A DNA stretch of 32,000 nucleotides from Acaryochloris thomasi RCC1774 (GTDB lineage Bacteria > Cyanobacteriota > Cyanobacteriia > Thermosynechococcales > Thermosynechococcaceae), in assembly GCF_003231495.1 (NCBI RefSeq), contig NZ_PQWO01000032.1, forward strand, positions 1 through 32,000, written 5' to 3'. Of this stretch, positions 1 through 7,473 are shown piece by piece (the first letter of the stretch is position 1; the number at the start of each line of letters is the position of its first letter). Made by a program: the position numbers and the translations under genes. The notes beneath the pieces were generated by a model, which saw nothing but the letters and a program-made list of their open reading frames with translations, searched no databases and was not told the origin of the DNA.

Positions 1-39
1 CCCAAAGATGATTTAGACTACCTGAAAATTGCCACCGGC

Positions 40-1266
40 ATGGCTCAGGGATATTCCCATGCCGACCTGACGCGAGATGTGGAGATCAAGGTAGGGGGTC
101 GCAAAGTCTTCGAGGTGGCCGGTGGTAAGGTTCTGCTCAATCAGCTTGGGCCAGAGCAGAATCGCAAGATATCTGTTGATATTCCTGGGATTACCTCAGA
201 TTCAACCCCCGCGCAACCCCAGGCCCAGCGCCCCGAGCAAAGACAACCGGATTTCCCCAGCCAGCCGATAGACGCCGCCGAACGTGCGCGAGCCGAACGG
301 GTGAAAACAAACCCGAATCCCCCCGCTCGCCAGAATGTTGTCTCAGGTCCACCTGTCGCAGGACAACAGGTACCGCTCACTCAGCAGCAAGCGCCTTTGC
401 AGACATTTGATGTGCCCCCCGCGCCAGTTCAGCAGTCGCCCCAGCCGGAGCAGCTTCAGCATTCAGCGCAGAGTGAGCCAAGTCTTTCCATTACGAAATC
501 CGACATTGAGCAAGTTGCTGCTGGTGGCAACCCATCGCTTGCGGTGACGATGGCTCGATATCTGATTGTTCGACAGGAATTGAATGCTGACAAGACGAGA
601 GTGAATCAACCCGGCTTTGAATATCTGCAGCCAAAGATAGACAAAGCCGAGCGTGTCCTTCCTGAAGTCCAGTCAAGGCTTGTGGAGGCGATGAAGGATG
701 CAGGAATTGAGCCAAGGTTTGAGTCTCAGGGGCTTGATATTGGTGCATCTCAGCCGGAGCCAGCCCAAGACTTACCCCAGCCAGTGCAGGAAGTGTCTCA
801 GCCGGAGCCAGCTAGCGCTCTCGACTATCTTCAGGAGTCGGATTCACAGCCAGCCCCCGCTCCGGCTGAGCCAGCCAACGAGATAGTCCAAAGCGTTTCT
901 CTAGATGACCCTGAGCTAAGCGTGAATCTAGAGCCTGCCCCTGAGCCTGGGTCCAGAGCGGATGTTCTTGATGCGGCGCATTACCTTGCCAATCAGTTAG
1001 GGGATCGCGATGGCTCCGGCCAGAAGAGCTTCGAGGGTGCCCACTTCAAGATTGAATCCTATGGTGAAGAGCTGAAAGTCTGGGATGGCAATGGCGACAA
1101 GGTGATCGATATTGACCCTGTTACAAACACCGATACCTATCAACCTAGCCCTGAATTTGCAGATATCCTAACCACTTCAGCCAACGAGCTAGAGCAACAT
1201 CAGTTCGGGCAAGAAGCTGAGCAGGAGCAGGAGATAGACGACGGCTTCGAGTTCGGTGATGACTGA
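40..1266 (+). CDS. Pro/Gln-rich hypothetical protein (possibly 5'-truncated by window edge) carrying the shared C-terminal module and acidic tail
   Basis: 408-aa ORF. The same frame is open from nt 1, so the start may lie upstream of the window. Its stop overlaps the coupling-protein start (GGTGATGACTGA). The last 73 aa (1045-1263) align with the C-termini of 12409..12792 and 27810..28997. Confidence 0.7.
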   Translation: MAQGYSHADLTRDVEIKVGGRKVFEVAGGKVLLNQLGPEQNRKISVDIPGITSDSTPAQPQAQRPEQRQPDFPSQPIDAAERARAERVKTNPNPPARQNVVSGPPVAGQQVPLTQQQAPLQTFDVPPAPVQQSPQPEQLQHSAQSEPSLSITKSDIEQVAAGGNPSLAVTMARYLIVRQELNADKTRVNQPGFEYLQPKIDKAERVLPEVQSRLVEAMKDAGIEPRFESQGLDIGASQPEPAQDLPQPVQEVSQPEPASALDYLQESDSQPAPAPAEPANEIVQSVSLDDPELSVNLEPAPEPGSRADVLDAAHYLANQLGDRDGSGQKSFEGAHFKIESYGEELKVWDGNGDKVIDIDPVTNTDTYQPSPEFADILTTSANELEQHQFGQEAEQEQEIDDGFEFGDD

Positions 1267-2923
1267 TTTTCTTGAAGTTCAACCGTCAGATCCAAGCCTC
1301 GTTAGATATGCCAAGAACAACCCGGCTCGTCTTGGGATGCTTTCGGCCTGTGTCCTGGCTGTCTTATTGCTGCAGGTCTTTGCCGGTCAGACCAAAAAGA
1401 CCAAGCTAGCCAAGGGGCATCTTGCCAAGGGGCTGGAGAAGAAGAACGCCCTAAATCTGATGAAGCAACAGCAGGCGGCAAAGAAGCTGACCAAAACTGC
1501 ATTCAACATCAGACAGCCAGGGCAAAAGGGATTTCTGGCAGTCCCTAATGCCCAGCCAGGGGTACTTGTGCTGGGTTCTCCGGGTGCGGGTAAGACGGCC
1601 TCGGTGATCAACCCGCTAGTGAGATCAGCGATTGACCAGGGCCACCGGATCATCATGTTTGACTGGAAGTATCCAGACCAAGCCTCTCAGCTCGTTCCCT
1701 ATGCAGCGGCGAGAGGGTACAAGCGGATCAATGTGTTTGCCCCTGGCTTTGCTGAGAGCCAGCGTATCAACCCCCTGGACCTAATTGAGAGTCCAGAGGA
1801 TATGATCGGTGCCCAGGAGCTAGCCCTCTCCATCCTGCAAAACGATAGCAAGGTTAATACCGATTCGACGACTCAATTTTTCTTGGATAGCGCCGCGAGT
1901 CTATTGGCTCCCATCTTTTGCGTCGTCAAAGGTTGCCAGTACCCCGATCTGCTGACGGTGTTGATGATTCTGCAATCTGAGAACCTCATCGAACGGCTCA
2001 AGTCAGCGAAGATCGGTCGTTATCAGCGCCTGATGCTGCAGCAAGCCATCGCAACCGCAGGCAGTCCAAAGCAGTTGGCGGGTTTGTTGACCTCGACCAT
2101 CAAGCCTTTGACGAACTTCCTACTGGGCGACAACATGATCAACGCCGTTGTTGGAGCGTCAAGCTTTGATCCAATCCTGAGGCCCAAAGAGATGATCGTC
2201 TTTGGGATGGATCGCAATAATTCCGAAGCCTTGAAGCCGTTGATTGGTTCAACCCTTCGGATGACGATGAAAAATAATTTGTTGAATAAATGTGGTGTTC
2301 CTCTTATCGCTTCTCTAGACGAGCTATCAACCCTGGAACTGCCGATTACAGAATGGCTCAATACAAATCGTTCGGATGGTTTTGTGGGCCTGATCGGTTT
2401 GCAGAATCTAGAACAGTGTGACAAGGACCGCCGCCGCGAGTTGAAGACGGGTTGCCCGACCAAAATGCTCTTCAATCCCAATGATGACGAGACTGCAGAA
2501 ATGTTCTCGAAGTGGCTTGGTAAGGAGCAAGTCGGCACAAAATCCAAAACAGAGGGCTGGAGTTCGGGTAAACGTAGCCGTAGCACTTCCGGTCGAGAGC
2601 AAGCCGTGGATATGTTGCAAGCAGCCGATATTCTGAAGCAGCCCGAGGGTGTTGCCTTGGTCCTCAACAGTGGGCATCGCAATGCAAAAGAAGCGTCGGT
2701 CCCCTTCCGGCATCGCTTCACTTATACCAGTAAAGACGAAGCGCAGGAAGCGAAACTGCAAGGGCTTTGGGAAGAAGCCTGTCTGCCTCGGCTCGTCGGA
2801 CGTGCTCCAGCGATGACGGGCGAAGTCGATGCAATGATTAAGGCCAGACGCAACGAAGCCAAGAAACTTCTAGGAAACCCTGATAAAGGGACACACAGGG
2901 GTCCAAAGGGCGGCAATAAATAG
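1256..2923 (+). CDS. Type IV secretion coupling protein (VirD4/TraG/TrwB family)
   Basis: 555 aa with an N-terminal TM segment (LGMLSACVLAVLLLQVFAG). Walker A is VLVLGSPGAGKTAS and Walker B-like is PLIASLDELSTL. GTG 1256 or ATG 1259 start overlaps the upstream stop. Confidence 0.85.
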   Translation: MMTDFLEVQPSDPSLVRYAKNNPARLGMLSACVLAVLLLQVFAGQTKKTKLAKGHLAKGLEKKNALNLMKQQQAAKKLTKTAFNIRQPGQKGFLAVPNAQPGVLVLGSPGAGKTASVINPLVRSAIDQGHRIIMFDWKYPDQASQLVPYAAARGYKRINVFAPGFAESQRINPLDLIESPEDMIGAQELALSILQNDSKVNTDSTTQFFLDSAASLLAPIFCVVKGCQYPDLLTVLMILQSENLIERLKSAKIGRYQRLMLQQAIATAGSPKQLAGLLTSTIKPLTNFLLGDNMINAVVGASSFDPILRPKEMIVFGMDRNNSEALKPLIGSTLRMTMKNNLLNKCGVPLIASLDELSTLELPITEWLNTNRSDGFVGLIGLQNLEQCDKDRRRELKTGCPTKMLFNPNDDETAEMFSKWLGKEQVGTKSKTEGWSSGKRSRSTSGREQAVDMLQAADILKQPEGVALVLNSGHRNAKEASVPFRHRFTYTSKDEAQEAKLQGLWEEACLPRLVGRAPAMTGEVDAMIKARRNEAKKLLGNPDKGTHRGPKGGNK

Positions 2924-2942
2924 CACCGGAACGCAGCTAGAT

Positions 2943-2972
2943 ACAGCTTTTATCTCCACTTGCAATAGATCG
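2943..2972 (+). promoter_or_regulatory. Conserved promoter/operator-like box, copy 1 (ACAGCTTTTATCTCCACTTGCAATAGATCG)
   Basis: One of nine copies of the ..ACAGCTTTTT-N6-8-CTTGCAATAGATAGA motif, each upstream of and co-oriented with a gene. Confidence 0.6.
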
Positions 2973-3221
2973 GTATAACCAAACCGACTTAAGCCCAGTG
3001 ATTCATTTCGCTGGCAGTCATTGGCAGAACTCAAATCTGAATAAAGGGCAGACCTTTAACTAGCAATGCCCTCAGAGGAGAGGGAACCACTTTCTACGGA
3101 GTGGTTTGGAGGTTTGATTCCTTCAATTGCTCTAGGTGCTGTGCGGGTCTCCAATCCCCCACAGTTTCCAAAACGATGTCCTTCGGGATGTCAGATCTGA
3201 CAATGAATTGGAGGAAAAATC
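2973..3221 (+). promoter_or_regulatory. Structured 5' leader, copy A (divergent paralogue of copies B and C)
   Basis: Aligns with 5585-5830 and 6840-7090. Contains a tRNA-like element (3062-3132), an anti-SD-loop hairpin (3139-3164), a UUCG hairpin (3176-3191), the palindrome TGTCAGATCTGACA (3189-3202) and SD ATTGGAGG before ATG 3222. Confidence 0.6.
3062..3132 (+). ncRNA. tRNA-like cloverleaf element inside leader A (not a decoding tRNA)
   Basis: Acceptor AGCAAT(G)/AATTGCT pairs 6 of 7. D-arm is CCTC/GAGG. The arm CCACT..C/G..AGTGG is capped by UACG. T-arm is GGAGG-TTTGATT-CCTTC. There is no anticodon loop and no CCA. Confidence 0.4.
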
Positions 3222-4175
3222 ATGTTTCAGTTGAGTGAGAAAGCTCTTGGTGAGACCTTTTGTGAACAAGCGGAGAACAAGGATCTGAGTACACTTCTGG
3301 CGTATCTGCGTTGGACCTTTTCAGGCCCCAATGTCGATATATTCAAGGAGTGGATTAGCCTCCCCAGTTTCTATAGGGACTGGTTTGATTTCGGAGACCG
3401 CAAAAATCTTCGTACTGTTTACAGAAGTCTTCTTCGGGCGAATTCTTGTTTGGCAGAAAGTTGTGAGTGGAGACTAAAGAAATTGTGTGGAAGTGCTGCT
3501 TGTTCTGAGACTGAGCTGACGGTTTATTACTCAGGTATTGCCGAGAGCAATATTGAGTGTGCCGGAGAGCGCAGTGATAGTCAGCCGATGGTATGGCTAG
3601 CTCAGCAATGTATCACTCTATGCGATCATTTGGTTCGCCAAACGTATCTGTTAAAGGAGACCAAGGCGGCGATTGAGGAGGCGGAGCTTTCTGATTGGCT
3701 CAAGGAGCAGTCGGAGACAGAGTGGGAGCCTGTGGCAAGTTCGTTTAACAACGTCTTGTCTCAAGAAGCCCATCCTTCTTTTGAGTCGTTGACGACTGAA
3801 AGTCAGGCGAGTGAGGAGTGTACCGATGAGGAGTGTAGCGACTGTCCTTTTGAGCCGGAGCGTCGGGCAGGTCTTGTAGACTGTCCTGGCGTTCCGTCAC
3901 GTTGCTCATGTGACGAGACGGCGGTATCTGGTGCTGACCCATCAGAGACGCAGGCTCAGGAGAGTGTTCGCCCTGTTGAGAGTAGCGAAAAACCTGCGAA
4001 GGATCTAAATACTCTTTGCTCAGTTTTAGCTATTGCGTTCGGTCTAAGTGCTGGGTTCAACCTGGCTCTGATAGAGGATCGGGTTAATCCCCCGGAAGTA
4101 GAGGCGCACGAAAAGCAGGAGCTGGTGAGTTATGCGAATAGCTTGCTAGTCGATGGCAGAGCGGTTCGTCCGTGA
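3222..4175 (+). CDS. Hypothetical protein (Cys-rich, acidic middle region, C-terminal hydrophobic segment)
   Basis: 317-aa ORF directly preceded by SD GGAGG and leader A. No family recognised. Confidence 0.65.
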   Translation: MFQLSEKALGETFCEQAENKDLSTLLAYLRWTFSGPNVDIFKEWISLPSFYRDWFDFGDRKNLRTVYRSLLRANSCLAESCEWRLKKLCGSAACSETELTVYYSGIAESNIECAGERSDSQPMVWLAQQCITLCDHLVRQTYLLKETKAAIEEAELSDWLKEQSETEWEPVASSFNNVLSQEAHPSFESLTTESQASEECTDEECSDCPFEPERRAGLVDCPGVPSRCSCDETAVSGADPSETQAQESVRPVESSEKPAKDLNTLCSVLAIAFGLSAGFNLALIEDRVNPPEVEAHEKQELVSYANSLLVDGRAVRP

Positions 4176-4194
4176 TGCTTGCACTTCCTAACTA

Positions 4195-5482
4195 GTACTG
4201 TCCGGCATGAATAGAGCCATTATTTAAGCCACGAGCGGTTTCCCCCTGTAAGTCCATTTGAAAGGCTTCGCCATCGTGTGGTTGAAGTACTCCACAAATT
4301 CTAGAATTCTTCGTTTGAGCTGCGCTTGACTTTTGAAGCTCGCACGCCGCAGTAGCTTTCGCACCAGAATGCTGAACCACAGTTCAATTTGGTTGAGCCA
4401 CGAGCAATGCTTAGGGGTGAAATGGACTACCAGTCGATGAGACGGGTTGGTCAAGAACTCAGCTCGCGTGACCATCGATTTGAGAATTCCCCGCTTTCCT
4501 TTAGCCCCCAATTCAATCTGCTCTTCTTCTAATGCAGATGCTAGGCGTACCATCGCCTCTGATTGATGAGTATTGAGACAATCCATCACCAAATGGTACT
4601 TTTTCGCTGCATTGTTTTCCTCAAGGAGACCGCTGACATGAGCCTCCAAATCCTTCTCAGTTCGGGTGTTGTCCACCGTTGCCTTGGCGATTTGGCCACT
4701 GGCGACATTCAAGCTAGCAATTAACGCTTGAGTGCCATGACGAATATATTCAAATTCGCGCTTGACCGGTCGACCCGGCTTCATGGGTATGTCTGGCATG
4801 GTGCGCTCTAGCGCCTGAATCCCTGGCATTTCGTCGAGACTGAAGGTCATCTCTCCCTGCTCAGCCCGTCCTTGAGCGTGCTGGTAGACCTGACAGATAT
4901 CGTCGACCTTGGCTTGGAACTGTGGGTCGGGGGGGATGCAACCAGTAGCGACTCTGGTGCGGCTTGAGGTCTGCTTCTTCCAGCAATCGACCCACATGGC
5001 GTTCACTGATACTCTCGACAATGCCTTGCTTGGTCATCTCAGTGGCTAATTCCCGAGCGCTCCAGTGACTAATAGGGAGACCATATTTCTCCGGTGGGTC
5101 ACAGGCAAGAGCATACAACTGGGTTAGTTGCTCTAAGCTAAATTTGGCAGGACCACCGGGGCGGGGAGCATCTTTAAGACGCTCTTCTACTGATAAATCG
5201 CAATCTGATAACTCTAGCCAACGCCGACGCCATAAGCGACTTGTATCGAGACTAATGCTCAAGGCTCTGGAAATCTCGCCATAGCCTGCGCCGGAGGCGG
5301 ACCGAAGGATGATCTTGGCGCGAAGGGCAATTTGTTGAGGCGTGCTTGACCGTCTCAGCAGCTTTTCTAGGGCTAGCCGGTCTGATTCACTCAACAATAC
5401 TGCCGGGGCCGATAATCTAGGCATCGAAACACTACGCGCTCAACTCCTTCTTGAGGATAGGGCTATTCGTGCCGCTCAGTAC
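4195..5482 (-). mobile_element. IS630-family insertion sequence
   Basis: Imperfect terminal inverted repeats: GTACTGTCCGGCATGAATAG (left end) against the reverse complement GTACTGAGCGGCACGAATAG (right end), 17/20 matches. Both ends are flanked by TA (4193-4194 and 5483-5484). Encodes an HTH plus DDE_3-type transposase. Confidence 0.85.
4224..5424 (-). CDS. IS630-family transposase in two overlapping frames (4861..5424 HTH part; 4224..5021 DDE part)
   Basis: N-terminal HTH, with DDE-like residues in SLDEMPG, LVMDCLNTH and WLNQIELWF. The frames meet at a C7 tract (G7 on plus strand, 4929-4935). Removing one C gives ..YWLHPPDPQFQAKV.. Confidence 0.85.
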
Positions 5483-5512
5483 TAGTCTCAATCACACCGT
5501 AGAAATAGCAAT

Positions 5513-5543
5513 CGCTCTCAGGGTAAAACCTGGGGGCGTTTTT
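5513..5543 (+). terminator. Rho-independent terminator of the conserved 3' cassette module
   Basis: CGCTCTCAGGG-TAAAA-CCTGGGGGCG followed by TTTTT. Preceded by the conserved CACACCGTAGAAA. The same module occurs at 6767-6801 and 7474-7506. Confidence 0.7.
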
Positions 5544-5551
5544 GTTTGAAT

Positions 5552-5584
5552 ACAGCTTTTTTCACGACTTGCAATAGATAGATA
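5552..5584 (+). promoter_or_regulatory. Conserved promoter/operator-like box, copy 2
   Basis: ACAGCTTTTTTCACGACTTGCAATAGATAGATA. Confidence 0.6.
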
Positions 5585-5830
5585 TACACCAAACCGACGT
5601 AAGCCCAGCGATTCATTTTGCTGGCTGTCACAGGTTCCAACTAGCCGAATAAAGGGCGTTTCATTCATTTGCGATTGTCCTCGGTGGGAGGAGCCATTCT
5701 ACGGAGTGGTTAGGGGTTCGATCCCTCCAATTGCTCTAGGCACTGCACGGGCCTCCAATCCCCTGCATTTGCCAAAGCGATGTCCTCCGGGATGTCAGTA
5801 CTGACATTAACTAAATTGGAGAATCGAACG
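5585..5830 (+). promoter_or_regulatory. Structured 5' leader, copy B
   Basis: Nearly identical to copy C over its central ~140 nt. Contains a tRNA-like element (5670-5736), an anti-SD-loop hairpin (5744-5767), a UCCG hairpin (5780-5795), the 16-bp palindrome ATGTCAGTACTGACAT (5792-5807) and SD ATTGGAGA before ATG 5831. Confidence 0.65.
5670..5736 (+). ncRNA. tRNA-like cloverleaf element inside leader B
   Basis: Acceptor (T)GCGATT/AATTGC(T) pairs 6 of 7, including one G-U. D-arm is CCTC-GGTGG-GAGG. The 6-bp arm CCATTC/GAGTGG is capped by UACG. T-arm is (A)GGGG-TTCGATC-CCTC(C), matching the canonical T-loop. No anticodon loop, no CCA. Confidence 0.45.
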
Positions 5831-6517
5831 ATGACTAACGCAACTAATAACGACGCGATCGCCAAGTTGACTCGCAACTCTTTAATCGAGGGCATGTGCA
5901 AACATGCTTCCCAGCATTCTGAAAAGCCAATCGCCAACGCGAAGGGTCTCAGGAACTGGGTCATCGCGACTTACTACGATGAGACCAATGCCGAAGTCGG
6001 TGGTCTTAACGGGTTCGCGCATGACTTGAACTATAAGGCTGTGAGTTTTCGGAAGCGTGAGCATTGCGAAAAGTTGTTTCGTCTATTGTCTGCCGATGCC
6101 TCCGGGTTGACGCAGCGAAAGGCGAAAGTTCAGTCAAAAGGCGGCGGTCGGTTGACGTGGGCAAAAGCCGTACGCGGCGTTGTCTATTTCATTGCGGACC
6201 ATGCAGAAGCTGCAAAAGCGGCTGTAGATGATATCCCAGATTCCGAGCTTAAATTAACGAGCATGAAGTCTGTGAGGAGTCTACAGAGCGCCCTGCAATC
6301 CCGGATTGAAAGCCACAGTGATGATCCTGTCGTCACTTTGCGGGCTGAGATTTACCAGTTGGTAGGGGTCAATACCGAAGACGATCTGCGGCAGTGGTTG
6401 AAAGACCAGTTTGCTCCAGAGGAAGCTGAGGCTATTGATGCTTGGGACTTTAGCAAACATTCGGACCTGCTGACGGTTCAGCGGATTGCTTTAGGTATGC
6501 AACAACAGGAGGCGTAG
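5831..6517 (+). CDS. Hypothetical protein
   Basis: ATG 5831 follows SD TTGGAGAAT. The track start at 5780 lies inside the conserved leader and is unlikely. 228 aa. The C-terminal ~55 aa resemble the product of 6519..6746. Confidence 0.7.
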   Translation: MTNATNNDAIAKLTRNSLIEGMCKHASQHSEKPIANAKGLRNWVIATYYDETNAEVGGLNGFAHDLNYKAVSFRKREHCEKLFRLLSADASGLTQRKAKVQSKGGGRLTWAKAVRGVVYFIADHAEAAKAAVDDIPDSELKLTSMKSVRSLQSALQSRIESHSDDPVVTLRAEIYQLVGVNTEDDLRQWLKDQFAPEEAEAIDAWDFSKHSDLLTVQRIALGMQQQEA

Positions 6518-6518
6518 C

Positions 6519-6746
6519 ATGAGCAGCGAGACAGTCTACCTACCCGGAGACCCCGTTGCCGTGCTCCGTGGCCAAATAGAAAGGGTGGTCAAGCCCCAGG
6601 GTGAGACATTTGCAGAAGCGGTGAGGCGATGGCTAATAGCCGAGCATTACCCGCATTATGCAGAGAACTTTGATCCAGATAGCTATATGGATCTGGTGCA
6701 GGTGGAAACCTGTATCAAAGCGAAGTTCTACCCTCTCTATAACTAA
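6519..6746 (+). CDS. Small hypothetical protein (75 aa)
   Basis: ATG lies 1 nt after the upstream stop. The pattern DPV..LRGQI..V....E.....RRWL...DL..V resembles the C-terminus of 5831..6517. Confidence 0.6.
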   Translation: MSSETVYLPGDPVAVLRGQIERVVKPQGETFAEAVRRWLIAEHYPHYAENFDPDSYMDLVQVETCIKAKFYPLYN

Positions 6747-6766
6747 CCACACCGTAGAAACAATAA

Positions 6767-6801
6767 GCGCTCTCAGGGTTAAACCTGGGGGCGCTTTTTT
6801 T
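6767..6801 (+). terminator. Rho-independent terminator of the conserved 3' cassette module
   Basis: GCGCTCTCAGG-GTTAAA-CCTGGGGGCGC followed by T7. Preceded by CCACACCGTAGAAA (6747-6760). Confidence 0.75.
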
Positions 6802-6806
6802 GCGCT

Positions 6807-6839
6807 CGACAGCTTTTTTGCCCACTTGCAATAGATAGA
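6807..6839 (+). promoter_or_regulatory. Conserved promoter/operator-like box, copy 3
   Basis: CGACAGCTTTTTTGCCCACTTGCAATAGATAGA. Confidence 0.6.
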
Positions 6840-7090
6840 CATACACCAAACCGACTTAAGCCCAGTGATTCATTTCATTGGCGGTCATGGGTTCCAACTA
6901 GCCGAATATAGGGCGTTTCATTCATTTGCGATTGTCCTCGGTGGGAGGAGCCATTCTACGGAGTGGTTAGGGGTTCGATCCCTCCAATTGCTCTAGGCAT
7001 TGCACGGGCCTCCAATCCCCTGCATTTGCCACCGCGATGTCTCGCAAGAGATGTCAGTACTGACAAAAAACAAAATTGGAGAATCGAATC
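6840..7090 (+). promoter_or_regulatory. Structured 5' leader, copy C
   Basis: Contains a tRNA-like element (6927-6993), an anti-SD-loop hairpin (7001-7024), a hairpin ATGTCTC-GCAA-GAGATGT (7037-7054), the palindrome TGTCAGTACTGACA (7052-7065) and SD ATTGGAGA before ATG 7091. Confidence 0.65.
6927..6993 (+). ncRNA. tRNA-like cloverleaf element inside leader C
   Basis: Sequence identical to copy B across the cloverleaf. Confidence 0.45.
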
Positions 7091-7420
7091 ATGTTTGGAT
7101 TTATACATCTAGTAGACGTTTTCTACACTCCTTTTGTGATCGTGGCGCTATCGGTTCTGTACAGGTCAATGAACGCCTGGGCAGAGTCGAATCAGGCTCA
7201 AGTTAAGTCAAAGGCAAACGCTGGAGCTAAGTCTTCGCCAACGGCTGTCCGACAGCCTGCCGCGAAAGCTGAGGTAACCCCTCCACGTAAGGTCGTTACA
7301 CCACCTGCCGTGAAGCCCATTGCTAAGCCCGCAGCTCAACCCAAGGCAAGGACGCCGCGCCCCACATTGGAAGATGTTATGAGACAGGAGGCAGAGCGTC
7401 GTCTCGGGGAAGCGTCATAA
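7091..7420 (+). CDS. Small membrane-anchored Pro/Ala/Lys-rich protein
   Basis: ATG 7091 follows SD TTGGAGAAT. N-terminal TM segment (FGFIHLVDVFYTPFVIVALSVLY), then a basic PAxK-rich tail. 109 aa. Confidence 0.6.
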   Translation: MFGFIHLVDVFYTPFVIVALSVLYRSMNAWAESNQAQVKSKANAGAKSSPTAVRQPAAKAEVTPPRKVVTPPAVKPIAKPAAQPKARTPRPTLEDVMRQEAERRLGEAS

Positions 7421-7473
7421 CTTCCTTGGCGATGTCGTTTTGTCTTCACTAGCCACACCGTAGATATATCAGC

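Noticed and set aside
2023-2721. 232-aa ORF antisense to the coupling-protein gene, with other antisense ORFs at 1302-1656 and 2408-2916
   Set aside because: These lie entirely within a well-supported T4CP gene on the opposite strand. Their composition is Arg/Ser/Cys-rich and low in complexity, they lack an SD, and they look like typical shadow ORFs.
2988-3003. TAAGCCCAG(T/C)GATT at the start of leaders A-D resembling the sequence just 3' of the R388 nic (ATAGCCCAGATT)
   Set aside because: These sites have no preceding hairpin-plus-TGTCT context. The similarity is short, and the leaders are better explained as transcribed RNA elements. It is probably coincidence, although relaxase binding could be tested.
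5670-5736. Whether the cloverleaf elements are genuine tRNA genes or tRNA-derived attachment-site remnants
   Set aside because: The anticodon arm is a 6-bp stem closed by a UACG tetraloop, with no 7-nt anticodon loop. The D-loop is only 5-6 nt, positions 8-9 are non-canonical, pair 1-72 is mismatched in B and C, and there is no CCA. All three copies sit at the same place inside a longer conserved leader. I therefore call them tRNA-like elements rather than tRNAs. No integrase gene is nearby to support an att-site origin.
2973-7090. The three structured leaders as Frpo-like single-stranded-DNA promoters of a plasmid leading region
   Set aside because: The predicted oriT polarity puts these cassettes among the last DNA to enter. 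It also makes the transferred (plus) strand the coding strand rather than the template for these plus-strand genes. The left and right halves of the element do not pair into the long promoter-forming hairpin expected of Frpo. This was not tested computationally, so it remains a low-probability alternative.
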